From Histomonas meleagridis 2922-C6/04-290x (taxonomy: Eukaryota > Protista > Parabasalia): a stretch of 64,000 nucleotides of DNA. The notes under the pieces are model-generated. The model did not search any database. It was not told the origin of the DNA and saw only the letters and a program-made list of their open reading frames with translations. The stretch covers positions 1-64,000 of the forward strand of contig JAANOX010000069.1 of assembly GCA_020184695.1 (NCBI GenBank). The letters are read 5' to 3'. This document shows positions 32,536 to 44,102 of this stretch, in pieces. Position 1 is the stretch's first letter, and the number at the start of each line of letters is the position of its first letter. A program made the position numbers and the translations under genes.

Positions 32536-34251
32536 TTACATAATTTGTTCCAAAAAGTTATTCAGTAATTCATTGTCATCAATTAGTGCATTAATTTGTT
32601 CATTTGACATTTTATTGATTCTTTTATTAATTTCTTCCCATTTCATTTCGAAAGTTAATTCCCTAATTTTGTTTAGCAATGTTATTTTTGCATCATCATT
32701 TGTATTTTTTTTCGATTGGATAATTCTTTCTTCTTTCGTAAGCTTCGTTGCGACATATACTTGTTTTCCATCCAAAGTTAACAGTGCCGACTTTTTGATA
32801 CAATTTTGAGCGTCTTCGACGGTTTTATAGCAAATGAATCCTTGTACAGAAGGATTTGTTTGTAAAGACGCACTTTCAACTTCGCCATATTCAGAAAATA
32901 TTGATACAAGTAATGGCTTTGTAATGTCTTCGTTAATTTCTCTTACAATTAAATTTCTTCCTTTAGTTTCATTATGTTTTAATTTTTGTTTTTGACAATG
33001 TTCGAGTTTAATAGCTTTTTGTCTTTCATCACGAGGTAAATGACGTTGTACATATAATTCATTTCCATCAATAATTTGTTGGTGGAGACCGTTAATTGCT
33101 GCCACGGCACTTTTGTGATCGGCAAAATTACAATAAGCAACTCCGTTCTTTGTGAGTAAGACACTGACAATTTTGCCATATCTCGAGAATAATCGTTTCA
33201 AGTCATTATTTGTTTTGATTGATGGGGGTAGATTTTTAATGTATAAATTGGTAAACGTTTGATTGTTAATTGGGTTCGTTCGTTTGCTTATGAAACTCTC
33301 GACTGTGATTTTCTTGCCATTGAGTACTGCTCCGTTAAATAGCGAAATTGCTCGATCAGCATCTTGAGGATTTAAAAATTGGACGTACGCATAAGAACCT
33401 GAGGATTTTTTCCCATCAGGTGTGCTTTTGTTAAAGATTTTACATGAAATAATTTCGCAGTGAAGTTCGCTTGTAATGAGTTGATCTAATAAATGAGGAT
33501 TAATGGATTCATCAAGATTTTTGAAGACAACGTTCCCTTTTCCACTCTTGATCGCTTTAATAACAGCACCATCGTCACGTGTTATACGTAATGTGTATCC
33601 GTCAATAGTGGAATAATTAAAATCTTTGACGGCTTGATCAGCCATTTCGGGCGTTTCAAAGGTTACAAATGCGTATGCATATCGGTGTTTAGGATTATTG
33701 TTATTAACTTCAATCTTAATTCCATCTTCAACAATGTTGCCAATCGGACTAAAGAGTTGAACAAGCATAGGTTCTGTAACTAATGAGTTTCCGTTTTTAT
33801 CAACTGGGATATCACCAACATAAATTGATGTGGATTTTGATAATGATTTATTCTTCAAATTTGGATTGTAACCGGAAGGATATTCGTATGGTACTGTGGT
33901 TTGATTTTGATTGAGAAACATCGGTGGTTGATATGGGGCAGCTGATTGATTTGGGTTTTGATCGAATGAGGCTATAGGTTGATTGGGATATATAAAATTT
34001 GGAGGCTGGTTTGGATTAACAAACGTTGGAGTTTGATTTGGATTGACAAACATTGGAGTTTGATTTGGATTGACAAACATTGGAGTTTGATTTGGATTAA
34101 CAAACGTTGGAGGCTGATTTAAGTTTGCGTAGGCTGAAGATTGATTATAGTTATTGTACATATGTGATTGCTGATGTTGCATTTTCGCAATATGGTTGAT
34201 GGCGTTTTTGTATTCAATTAGTACTCGATGACACTTGTAATCTACTTTCAT
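32536..34251 (-). CDS. Divergent polyadenylate-binding protein-like (4 RRMs, N-terminal NPNQTP repeats)
   Basis: SIYVGDIP/YAYAFVTF, VVFKNL/YAYVQF, NLYIKNLP and NLIVREI/GFICY RRM motifs. The C-terminal helical segment is weakly MLLE-like. Confidence 0.75.
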   Translation of the reverse strand: MKVDYKCHRVLIEYKNAINHIAKMQHQQSHMYNNYNQSSAYANLNQPPTFVNPNQTPMFVNPNQTPMFVNPNQTPTFVNPNQPPNFIYPNQPIASFDQNPNQSAAPYQPPMFLNQNQTTVPYEYPSGYNPNLKNKSLSKSTSIYVGDIPVDKNGNSLVTEPMLVQLFSPIGNIVEDGIKIEVNNNNPKHRYAYAFVTFETPEMADQAVKDFNYSTIDGYTLRITRDDGAVIKAIKSGKGNVVFKNLDESINPHLLDQLITSELHCEIISCKIFNKSTPDGKKSSGSYAYVQFLNPQDADRAISLFNGAVLNGKKITVESFISKRTNPINNQTFTNLYIKNLPPSIKTNNDLKRLFSRYGKIVSVLLTKNGVAYCNFADHKSAVAAINGLHQQIIDGNELYVQRHLPRDERQKAIKLEHCQKQKLKHNETKGRNLIVREINEDITKPLLVSIFSEYGEVESASLQTNPSVQGFICYKTVEDAQNCIKKSALLTLDGKQVYVATKLTKEERIIQSKKNTNDDAKITLLNKIRELTFEMKWEEINKRINKMSNEQINALIDDNELLNNFLEQIM

Positions 34252-34534
34252 TTAAAACACGTGTCATAAATATTTATATTGAAAATTAAATCTCAGCGAC
34301 GGTTTTAAGCATCAGATTTTATTTAAATAGTTTATATAAAATCTGAACGTTTTCAATAAGTATATATATATACTTATTCACAATCATCTTTTCAATTTAA
34401 ATGGTTTATTCTCAGAAATTCCTCACTTTTTGAAGAATTTATTCATGAATAAATTTTATTTAATTAAAAAAGATTTGCAAGTAAGTTATTCTATTAAACA
34501 ATCAAAACATTTTCCAAAGATATATATTATTTTA

Positions 34535-35746
34535 TCATTGTTCTAAAAGATTTCCAATGTCCCACAATTCAGTTCCAGTTTCTCCTCCGATTGCAAGTAA
34601 TGTTGGCCTATCAGGGCAGAATCTGCATGTGAACAATTCGCCTAAGCCCATGTTGTTTTCTGCCAATAAAATTGGCTGTTGTTGGCTCAGGTTCCATATT
34701 CTGCAGAAACGGTCTTCGCCGACGGTTGCGACAATCGGAGCTGAGCGGCAAACGCTAAGGGAACTCGCCTGGCCATTGTGTGCATTGAAAGAAAAGAGAG
34801 GGCTTGTGAGATTCCTCATGTCGAAAGCTGTTACTTGACCTGATTCAAGAGATGTTATGATTTGGGTTCCATCAATAGACCATGATAATGACTCAGTTTT
34901 TACCCCATCCAGAACACAAAATGCAGGCCCTTGACGTGCATCATAAGCACGAAGACCAGAACTGCTGGCTATGGCAAATTGAGAGACATTTGAAGGCGAC
35001 CATGCAGCATCATGACATGGAAAACCAACATCAAAACAAACAACAGGCTTCTCCTTAGAGCCAACTTGCATTTCAATCCGGTCAAGTGAGAAAACTGCAG
35101 TCATTTTGTCAATTGATGCTGAAAGAATTAATGAGCGCTGAAGAATGTTCCATGACAGCCCGGGAACTGCATCTTCATGGAATCTGATCACTGCTTGTGG
35201 GCAAATAGGATCTTTTACGTTAAGATCTATGATTTCTATGTGCGGCCACATTGAAGCAATAGCTGCAAAAGAACCTGTGCCGCCCGTTTTAGTGTCAAAA
35301 TCAATCCACTCAATTGCCAGAGGAGGTGTAGCAACCATTATTTCATGATGTGTGTAATAAGAATCAACTTGATCGTATAATTGGATTTCAATGGATGGCT
35401 CTCCTTGAAAGTTCTTTCCAACTATTAAGAGGAAGTCGTCTGAATTGATATTATCGTCATCTTGATCTTCGTCTTGAGCATTTTCTTGAATTGGTGCTTG
35501 TTGATATGGATCGTTCGGTTCAATTTCTGCTGGAACTGTTTCATCATCATTATCATAATTATCAAAATCATAACGAGCAATAATTTCTGCATCTTCGTTT
35601 GAAACACTTGCTTGAATTTCCGGTGTTTGTTGCCATTTTCCTTCGATAACTGCAATGTAACGATTCATTTCATCTTCTGTTGCGTTATATTCTTTTAAAT
35701 TTTTTGGTGTAACACCACATGGAATCCAAGCAAGAGCAGTGTTCAT
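34535..35746 (-). CDS. PWP1: Periodic tryptophan protein 1 (WD40)
   Basis: N-terminal TALAWIPCG, YDFDNYD, YYTHHEIMVATPPLAIEWID and WD repeats. Confidence 0.8.
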   Translation of the reverse strand: MNTALAWIPCGVTPKNLKEYNATEDEMNRYIAVIEGKWQQTPEIQASVSNEDAEIIARYDFDNYDNDDETVPAEIEPNDPYQQAPIQENAQDEDQDDDNINSDDFLLIVGKNFQGEPSIEIQLYDQVDSYYTHHEIMVATPPLAIEWIDFDTKTGGTGSFAAIASMWPHIEIIDLNVKDPICPQAVIRFHEDAVPGLSWNILQRSLILSASIDKMTAVFSLDRIEMQVGSKEKPVVCFDVGFPCHDAAWSPSNVSQFAIASSSGLRAYDARQGPAFCVLDGVKTESLSWSIDGTQIITSLESGQVTAFDMRNLTSPLFSFNAHNGQASSLSVCRSAPIVATVGEDRFCRIWNLSQQQPILLAENNMGLGELFTCRFCPDRPTLLAIGGETGTELWDIGNLLEQ

Positions 35747-36181
35747 TTTAAATCTTCTGTTTTGACCCTAACAAAGCCTCTCAATCAAAAATTAACGGTT
35801 GAGAGAACGTTTTCATATTTCCTGGCGCCAAACTTGGGAAATGAGAGTACTCATATAATTATTTGAATAAAACCTGTTTCGACAGTTTCAATTTAAAGCG
35901 TTCACATCTTGTTAGAACTCAATAGACTTATTATCTGTTATAAATCCTAACCAATGAATTTAATAAGATCTTCAAATTCTTTCATTGATATCATACATTT
36001 CAAACCACAAAAAATAGATTTTATTTTTAAAATCACAGCGAATATCAACTTTGTTGTTTTGAATAGTTTACATATACACTTTTAATAAATCTGTTATTTT
36101 TATATTAACTATCTCTGTTTGAATATTCCTGTGTTTGCCTGTATCGTTTAATCGAAGGGTACCCCTTTCTTAAAAAGAGAG

Positions 36182-37531
36182 ATGACAACTGTGCAGGATC
36201 CAAATATTATTGTAAAAATTATAGATAATGGAGAAGAAAGAAGAATGCAACTACGTGTGCAACATGCTAATGACAATATAACCTTTTCTTTCTTCAAAGA
36301 AGCAGATAAAGATAAGAGAAGAACTCCAGCTCTATTACCAGAAATGTATTATAGCCTCAGTGAATTTTCTTCATTTGAGTTAAGTCCCAACAATGAAGAT
36401 TATATCTCATTTTTGAGTTCAAATCCATTAAATAATTGCACGTTTTTTTTCACAGAAAAGAAAGATATATCCAAATTCATGCAATTTCTAGGGCAAAGAG
36501 TTCATGTTGTTTGTTCCAATGAAAATCCATATGTATACATTCTTCAACCACTTGAATATGGCAAAACAGATTTTCAACCAACTATTTTACCAACAATCAA
36601 AGATTTTAATCCTCAAAAGATGATATCTTTAGAAAGGTTTGAAAACTTTTTCAAGGAAGATAATGATAAATCATTAGAAATTTCTGAATTATTTGATCCT
36701 AACATTCAAAACCAGAATGTATTTGATTTATTCAAAAAAGCATTAAGCAGTGGAGTTCCTAATAACGAAACAACTTATTCCAAAATTAAAAAGCAATGGA
36801 AGCTTATCATTTTTCCAGATCAATTTGATCATTATTCAAATCTTGAAACCCTAATTGAAAAGATCGAGAAAGATATCCTTGAACGAAGTGAAAGACTCGG
36901 TTACATGAAATTTGCTAATCCGAAGAAATTCCAAAAAATTACGTTTAATATTTTGTTAACGTATTCCATATTCAATTGGGATGGCGGTTTTTACTTTAAT
37001 GGACAAATTGAGTTTTTATATCCTCTCTTAAAAGCATATGTTCTTCAACATGGAGAGGACTGTAATGATGAAGATTGTGAGGAATCTGTTTTTAATGTAT
37101 TTGCTGATTTTTATGATCAAGCCGAAATTGAATCAATTAAATTAAATTTATGTCAAAAATTCATCAAGCCAATGCTTGTTGAAACAGGAAAGATCATTGA
37201 TTCTAAATTCCATGAAATCTTGGAACTACTTCAACAGAGAAATATTCAATCTTTAGATTTCTTTATTGAAGATTGTCGTAAATGGTTCATAGATATTTTG
37301 GAATCGGCTGAAGATAAGTTACGTTTGTGGATATCTGTGTTGTCTGTGAGTGAAAGAGTTAAAGTATTTCAAAGTATAATAATTTCAATGTTAATTTTAA
37401 TAGCGCCGAAAATAAATGAAGTCTGCACAATAGATTACAATGAGTTCGTGCAAATGTATGAGAAATTAAAGAAAAATGTGGAAGTCGGAAAGTTGTTGGC
37501 GGCGGCTAAAAAAATTATGTCTTTACTCTAA
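36182..37531 (+). CDS. TBC-domain protein (TBC1D15/17-like) with degenerate catalytic motifs
   Basis: IEKDILE (IxxDxxR with R missing), NILLTYSIFNWDGGFYFNGQ (YxQG with Q missing) and LRLWISVLS. Confidence 0.6.
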   Translation: MTTVQDPNIIVKIIDNGEERRMQLRVQHANDNITFSFFKEADKDKRRTPALLPEMYYSLSEFSSFELSPNNEDYISFLSSNPLNNCTFFFTEKKDISKFMQFLGQRVHVVCSNENPYVYILQPLEYGKTDFQPTILPTIKDFNPQKMISLERFENFFKEDNDKSLEISELFDPNIQNQNVFDLFKKALSSGVPNNETTYSKIKKQWKLIIFPDQFDHYSNLETLIEKIEKDILERSERLGYMKFANPKKFQKITFNILLTYSIFNWDGGFYFNGQIEFLYPLLKAYVLQHGEDCNDEDCEESVFNVFADFYDQAEIESIKLNLCQKFIKPMLVETGKIIDSKFHEILELLQQRNIQSLDFFIEDCRKWFIDILESAEDKLRLWISVLSVSERVKVFQSIIISMLILIAPKINEVCTIDYNEFVQMYEKLKKNVEVGKLLAAAKKIMSLL

Positions 37532-37637
37532 TAATAAGTAAAAAATTTAAGTAATGTTTTATTACTTCTCTGTTTTGTAATTTCTAAAATTTTTACTGAG
37601 AATTCCTTTTTTTAATGGATGTAAACTAGAACAATTG

Positions 37638-37639
<2 letters not shown>

Positions 37640-37673
<34 letters not shown>
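37640..37673. repeat. (TA)n microsatellite
   Basis: About 16-17 TA units. Confidence 0.95.
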
Positions 37674-37676
<3 letters not shown>

Positions 37677-38142
37677 TTTGACAACAGAATGTAGTTATAC
37701 TGAAAATAATTTCACTATATATTATGGCTCAGAAGTATCAAATCTGTATTAAAAAAAATGTTAATAATTAAATGTAACATTTTGTATTTGATTGTACTTT
37801 TACTTATGCATTTGGGTGTTACTTCTATTAGAGTAGTATATATTTATATATATGTGAATAGTAAAAAATCATAAATGTGGAACACTTATTTTATTATGTT
37901 TCCTTATATATTCATTGAAAGTATTTACAAGATTTTCTTTGTTTTGGGTGTTATTTACTAGTGTAAATCTTTCTTTAAGCGGCGTAATAAATATGATTTA
38001 TTACAATAATTTAATGTTATTACCACATAGTTTGCAAAAGATTGTAGTGCATTAAATGCATTTATAACTGCAATTTGAATTGAATTTTTGTGAGTAATCC
38101 GATAGCTTTTTTGGCGGTATTTAAAGGCTTTGTAACAAGAAA

Positions 38143-39126
38143 ATGCAACAAGAAAACACAGAATCACAAACACACGAAGAAAATAAAGAAGCTGAAGGGG
38201 GTGATGCTAAGCAAGTAATTGAACCAAACGATAAAAATTTACCTAAAAATAAGAAATCGAAAGCGCCTGTTCTTTCACGAGGCTTAGAGCTTCTTTCAAT
38301 TGCTCAACTTCGTGACCTCCTTCGTGATTATTCATTGCCAACAGGTGGAAAGAAAAAACTTCTTGTTGAAAGACTTTTAATGTTTTTAGAAACTTTTGCA
38401 ACTAAGCAGCAAAATGTATATATTCAATTCCAGAACAAGTTGAAAGCTCTTTTAACAGAAGAACACGATACTGATTCCAATGCAAATCAAAGTTTTCCAC
38501 CAGCAATGATTCAAGCACTCAATAGCTCGACTCCCTCAATCATATACTCGAACACTGATTATCCATTTTGTTATGGCCCTGTTATTATTCAAGGAAATGC
38601 TCCATTTTTCACATATACATTTTCACACCAAACACCAGTTGCAAACTGTTATCCAGTTCTATGTTTCTCACCAGTTGTACCTGGCGCGCAATTACACAAA
38701 ATAACATTTCTTTTATTGGATCGTCATATCACATTATCAGATGGAAACTTTTGGTTCCAAATTGCAGACTCAGCAAGCAAAGTCGAATCTTTCCAAGTAC
38801 TATCAATCGAACCACCGATACCTCTCGTTGCATGCGTGAGATGGTTAGGAAAAGTGCCTCTGCCAAAAGTTGTCGAAACAATTCTTAGCTATGGAAACGC
38901 TCCAGATATTGCTAAGAACGAAAGCGAAGAATGCAAAGGAATATGCCCTTTGACGAATAAGATAATGCTTAGACCCGCAAGAGGAGTTAAGTGTAACCAC
39001 AAGCAATGCTTTGACTTGACTGGTTACCTGTCAATTGCATCGAGCACAAACAATTGGATATGCCCCGTGTGCAAGCAGACGTGCTTCCCAGAGGAAATAA
39101 GAGTTGACACAAATTATTTCTTTTGA
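38143..39126 (+). CDS. SAP-domain + SP-RING (MIZ) zinc finger protein, SIZ/PIAS-type SUMO E3 ligase-like
   Basis: SAP motif LSIAQLRDLLRDYSLPTGGKKKLLVERL and SP-RING motif CPLT...PARGVKCNHKQCFD...WICPVC. Confidence 0.88.
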   Translation: MQQENTESQTHEENKEAEGGDAKQVIEPNDKNLPKNKKSKAPVLSRGLELLSIAQLRDLLRDYSLPTGGKKKLLVERLLMFLETFATKQQNVYIQFQNKLKALLTEEHDTDSNANQSFPPAMIQALNSSTPSIIYSNTDYPFCYGPVIIQGNAPFFTYTFSHQTPVANCYPVLCFSPVVPGAQLHKITFLLLDRHITLSDGNFWFQIADSASKVESFQVLSIEPPIPLVACVRWLGKVPLPKVVETILSYGNAPDIAKNESEECKGICPLTNKIMLRPARGVKCNHKQCFDLTGYLSIASSTNNWICPVCKQTCFPEEIRVDTNYFF

Positions 39127-39665
39127 AATATTATTATTTTTTATGTTTTGAATAAATACTTATTCTAATTAGATAAGTAAAACCTGTTGAAGGAACTTTA
39201 AATAATTTGAAGTTTTTACAGCAAATTTCACTCAATAACATCAAAACGGAATTTTTTTCTTTCCCCAATTTTTGTAAGATATTTTAATAATATAATTTTT
39301 TTGGAACATAAGGTAACATATTAAAATAATGATTTTTTCCATTTGTAGTTACTTTTTATAATATCATCAAATATATTTATAACAAACTACAGTAACATAA
39401 CATCAAAAAAATGCTGTATGCATATCCTTGAAAACAGTGCCCAAATTGTGTTAATTAAGGACATTGACATGAGAATCATGCACAGATTACATACGTGTTA
39501 AATTAGCGTCATAGAATCTTGAGCGTTAGCTGCTATTAATAATTCTACATTTTTCTATAGCTTTATCAACAACATCTTTATTATTCAGATGACCTCCAAT
39601 TTAATGAATAAAAATATATGTAATCATTACTCAACAAAAATAATTACAAAATTTAAGATCTATAT

Positions 39666-40673
39666 TTATAATAAACAAATTTTTTCTGCATACTTCGCCT
39701 CAATTTCAAGCAATGGCTTCCAGTTGTATGCCATGAACTTTGCCTGATGTCTTTTTCCTGTTCGATGCTTTGATGGGTTTTTTACTTTGTGATGACAAAA
39801 TTCGCAATAATTTATTTTTTGTTCGTCTGTTTTGTTTTGGAGTTTTTTCTCCTTTGCGGCCATGTTCTCTTCCTGCTTTTCGAGGTATTTCTTTATGTTG
39901 GACGGCGGAAGATCGAATGGCGATTGCGTGTAATTCTCAAAATAGAAAAAGTGAATTCGCGGCGAATGTTCGTCGGGCTTAAACACATATAAAGAAGGCT
40001 GATATTTGCCCTGTGTTGAAATTAAAATACATTTTCGATGTGTTTTTGAGGCTTGGACAAATATATTATTGCTATCATCAGAAGACTTGATCTTTAATTT
40101 TGGATTGCATGCAGCATTCGTCTTTTGCTTCTGACTTTGTGAAATGCTTTTGTTGGAAAATGGAATAATTGAGGTGTTTTGTTGATTTCCAGTATCATGA
40201 GTGGGGATGTTTGGAATATTTTGTTCGGCATTTGAGATATCTTTACTTTGATTTTCTGCAGTTTGATCTGGTTCATTTTGTAAATCTGTGACGCTTTTTG
40301 GCTCTGGTTCAGGTTCATATGAAATTGTAAAACCTGAAGTTAAATGACCAGATGCAAGGTCTCCCGATGTAATTGAATACTCAGAAGTTTCAGCACTTCC
40401 TTCATCTGTTTTGGAAACACTATTATTTATTATTGCTTTATTAGAAAAAAGTTTATTTTTCAGTTTGTAGAAAGTAAATTCAGACTGAGCTTCGACCTCA
40501 TTTGGTGTAATATAATTTGGACAAAATAAGTTATTTATATCATTTGAATAGAATGGTAATTCTATTTGTTTATTAGAATAAACATCAAAACTTGGGACTG
40601 GTGTTTTATCATCTTTAACTATATTTTCCATATAATAATCAAAATTAAGAATTTTTTTTTGGGTTTTCTCCAT
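39666..40673 (-). CDS. DBF4-type zinc-finger protein (Dbf4/ASK-like candidate)
   Basis: C-terminal YCEFCHHKVKNPSKHRTGKRH and an upstream motif-M-like segment ILISTQGKYQP...YTQSPF. Confidence 0.55.
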   Translation of the reverse strand: MEKTQKKILNFDYYMENIVKDDKTPVPSFDVYSNKQIELPFYSNDINNLFCPNYITPNEVEAQSEFTFYKLKNKLFSNKAIINNSVSKTDEGSAETSEYSITSGDLASGHLTSGFTISYEPEPEPKSVTDLQNEPDQTAENQSKDISNAEQNIPNIPTHDTGNQQNTSIIPFSNKSISQSQKQKTNAACNPKLKIKSSDDSNNIFVQASKTHRKCILISTQGKYQPSLYVFKPDEHSPRIHFFYFENYTQSPFDLPPSNIKKYLEKQEENMAAKEKKLQNKTDEQKINYCEFCHHKVKNPSKHRTGKRHQAKFMAYNWKPLLEIEAKYAEKICLL

Positions 40674-41087
40674 TAATATAGACACTTTTTTAAAGATAAA
40701 AGTGCCATTTTAACGTTGGACAAGAATGTAATGCTTTTCATTCTGCACATTTTTCATATTACTGTTCACTTGAGTTAAAACTTAAAATGATAACATCTGT
40801 TCATTGATAATTTTTTTTTGTTTTTGTATAAAAATGAATTTAGGTTTTTAATTATTGTCTAAATTTTCCATTTTAATATCAATCATGAATTGTATGTTGT
40901 TTAATATTCGTGATCTCTCCAGGTTAGAAATTCTTTCTCGAGACAATATGTAAGACTTTTCAAAAAACCTTATAAGAACTTTAAAATTTTTAAGGTATTG
41001 TTAAGAATTAAGAAGATCTTTTCTTATTGTTTTTTTTCTGATGCAGGTGGTCATTTTCATCATTTTGTTCGGTTCACCGCATCAACG

Positions 41088-42116
41088 ATGAATGAACCTC
41101 AATTCGTCATTTTGCCTCTAGTTCAAATGAAAGCCGATGGATCTCCAATAGATATCAAAAAAATAAAAGAATTATCAAAATATGGTTTAAAAAACTGTTG
41201 TCCAGAAGATCGATTATACGATTGGCTTGTTCTCTCAGGCGTTCTCCCATTACAACCAGAAAACTGGGAAAAGCGAATTGAGGAAATCACAACTAACTAT
41301 CAGAATTTTATAAATCTTTTTGAAGTCAATAATTATGAAAATCACATTTTCCCAAATTCCACATTAATCACAGAATTTCAAGTTCCAGACAACAAACTCA
41401 TGGAAACCATACATAATGATTTAATTCGAACAGGTCATCATCTTCGATATCTTCCATTTATCGACAAATCCATTGAAACCAACTCTGAAAACACACTTCT
41501 ACCATATCACTTTCATATGCGCCGCATTGAGCGCGCCTTATATATCTTTTCTAAATGTAATCCTTCATTATCATATATGCAAGGCTTTAATGAAATCATT
41601 TCAGTTCTTTATTATGTAGTTGCCTCTTCTATAATTGTATTTAATTACAATTGGAACAAAGGCGAAGCGATTACATTTTATCTTTTTCAACAAATTTTAG
41701 CTGTATCAAATCTTCATGAACTTTATACCACGACAGATCAATCTTCATTAATATATAGGCAACTTAATAACTTTATGAGCCTTCTTTCTGTTAAACTTCC
41801 AATAGCTGCCTCTAAAATCAAAAGATTAAATATTCATCCGATGCAATTCGGGTTTAAACGGCTGACTTTGATGTTTTCGCAAGATTTCGAAATACCGATG
41901 CTTATCGTATTGTGGGATTCATTGTTTACACACTTAAATGAGCTAATAGAATATGAGTGTTATGTGCTAATTGGATATATTTCGATTATTGAAGATTTGT
42001 TGATTGAAGATGACTATTCTATGTCAGTAGAAGTGTTATTGAAATTAAAGATATGCGACTCGTCAAAGATTGTACAGAAGGCAAATGAACTCTATGAAGC
42101 GTCAAAACTTAAATGA
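41088..42116 (+). CDS. TBC-domain Rab-GAP (TBC1D13-like)
   Basis: IHNDLIRT (R finger) and SYMQGFNEI (Q finger) intact. ATG 41088 follows the Inr TCATTTT. Confidence 0.88.
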   Translation: MNEPQFVILPLVQMKADGSPIDIKKIKELSKYGLKNCCPEDRLYDWLVLSGVLPLQPENWEKRIEEITTNYQNFINLFEVNNYENHIFPNSTLITEFQVPDNKLMETIHNDLIRTGHHLRYLPFIDKSIETNSENTLLPYHFHMRRIERALYIFSKCNPSLSYMQGFNEIISVLYYVVASSIIVFNYNWNKGEAITFYLFQQILAVSNLHELYTTTDQSSLIYRQLNNFMSLLSVKLPIAASKIKRLNIHPMQFGFKRLTLMFSQDFEIPMLIVLWDSLFTHLNELIEYECYVLIGYISIIEDLLIEDDYSMSVEVLLKLKICDSSKIVQKANELYEASKLK

Positions 42117-42698
42117 TATATATTCTCAATAAAAATATATATTACTAGGAAAATCATATTTATGTTTTTTGTTGCTTTGATTAGGTTTGACAACAAATGC
42201 AGAGCTTTGTACTAATGTAATTATGTTTGTTAACTTAATATTGATTAATGATTGGTGATAATAAAATAGGGTTTTCGCCAATTGGTGTCAACTCGCGAAT
42301 ATTATATTCTTTTCGGAAAAACTAAAAGCTATTTGGATAAGATTTTCTTTTAGGAAAAGGGAGTCTTTCTGAAAATAGAATCAGGAAATTTATATAAATA
42401 TTATTTACATCATTAATTCTCCCAAAAAGAGAAATAAAAATTATAGTATAACATTCACGAATGTGCAACCTATGCGCTAAAAACTCAGTTATGTGTGAAA
42501 CAAAAATTTTTTATTGAAAAAATCGTTATATAATAAATTTATCTTTAATCTTTAAAAATATTTCTCCCAAATTGGTAAATGAATTGCGTTATTTTTATTC
42601 ATTTCAATAGGAAATAAAAAGAAAAATTCTTTAAAGCACAAGAAAATAAAATTATTTAAAAATTAATTTATATATATTATTTATTACAATTAATTTAA

Positions 42699-44102
42699 TT
42701 ATTCATCTTCAAACGGAATTATTCCTCTAATTGAAGTGAGTATGAACAAATTCGCAATATCGCTCAAATATTCGTTATCCGAATCGATGAACACATTTAC
42801 CTTTTCAGGAATAAAAAACCAATCACACGTTTCTCTAAACTCATGCACTTGATTTCTCTCGAAAAACAAAAAAGACAAATGATAAAGTGCTTTGATCAAT
42901 TCCTCGGCAACTTCTTCATCTTCCAAACTCAACAAATTAGAAATTGCTCTTGCTGCGTTTAAATCCGATGGATCATTTTCAGTGTCTTCCATCACCTGCA
43001 CGAATGATGGGTAAACAAGATCACAGTTATACATGATAAATTCGGAAATACAAATTCCGGCCGAAACTCGTGTATCTCTTTTCCCGTAATTCGCATAATG
43101 CACAACTGTTGGAAATAATGCAGTAAAGTCATTTTGTCCTTCCTTAATTAGTTGTGCTAAAAGTCGAAGCGCTTCTGGTGTGCTCTGGCAGTTACGGTTA
43201 ATTGAATTCAAAATTTCGGTTTCGCCGCCACTTTTCATAAGATTTTCTTTGATGTCTTTTGGAAGAGGAAGCTGAAGTATCATGAAAAGGTTACTGTTTG
43301 TCTCAGGAGAACTACCCCATAAAGCTAAAAGTGGAGTTATAAGTTCGACATAATTAAGTTGATCATTAATATGATGATAATCTGCCCAATAAATAACAGA
43401 ATATGTAATGAAGGTGAAGTTTGTAAGAACATCAGGAGTAAGAGAAAAAGGTGAAGAACGAAAAGATTTTAATATTACTTGATAAAATAATATGACATCG
43501 GAAGAAATGTCATGAGATAGAATAGAAGAAAATAGATAGGACAGATTGCTATCAAGGGTTGGATCCTTTCCAATGAATAAAGCAAGCTTTTGATGAAAAT
43601 TTATATTTAATAAAGAATCTGTAATTCGAGCAGAAATGGATAAAAAAGATATATAAGGAATAAGTATTTCTACAGATGCTTGATCTATGGGAGTCGGGAT
43701 ATTAAAAACTATTGTTTCTGCAAATCGGATTATTGATATGTCAGGATCAAAAATTTCATGAGAATAAAAATTATAAATAAGATGTCCAAATTCAAGCGCC
43801 ATAGGATCAGATGGAAATTGTTGAATTTCAATTAATATTGAAACCATAAATTTTGGATCAACAAATTTTTGTGGAATTTCTTGGAACTTAAATAAATTAC
43901 GAAAATACTGAATTGCTTTAATTACTAAATTTGGGTTTTTAGATGAAAGGAATGATTCATATTGAGGGAAAAGTTGAACAAGTTGAAAATAATCTTGATT
44001 CTTACTTTCTTCATCATTACTTACATCATTAAAAATTTGTCCTTTTTTTATTTTTTCATTTAATCTTTTGTTTTGTTCTTTTACTTTATCCTCGAAATGC
44101 AT
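42699..44102 (-). CDS. Hypothetical alpha-helical (ARM/HEAT-like) protein
   Basis: Long intact ORF with Leu-rich helical character and no diagnostic motif. Confidence 0.6.
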   Translation of the reverse strand: MHFEDKVKEQNKRLNEKIKKGQIFNDVSNDEESKNQDYFQLVQLFPQYESFLSSKNPNLVIKAIQYFRNLFKFQEIPQKFVDPKFMVSILIEIQQFPSDPMALEFGHLIYNFYSHEIFDPDISIIRFAETIVFNIPTPIDQASVEILIPYISFLSISARITDSLLNINFHQKLALFIGKDPTLDSNLSYLFSSILSHDISSDVILFYQVILKSFRSSPFSLTPDVLTNFTFITYSVIYWADYHHINDQLNYVELITPLLALWGSSPETNSNLFMILQLPLPKDIKENLMKSGGETEILNSINRNCQSTPEALRLLAQLIKEGQNDFTALFPTVVHYANYGKRDTRVSAGICISEFIMYNCDLVYPSFVQVMEDTENDPSDLNAARAISNLLSLEDEEVAEELIKALYHLSFLFFERNQVHEFRETCDWFFIPEKVNVFIDSDNEYLSDIANLFILTSIRGIIPFEDE

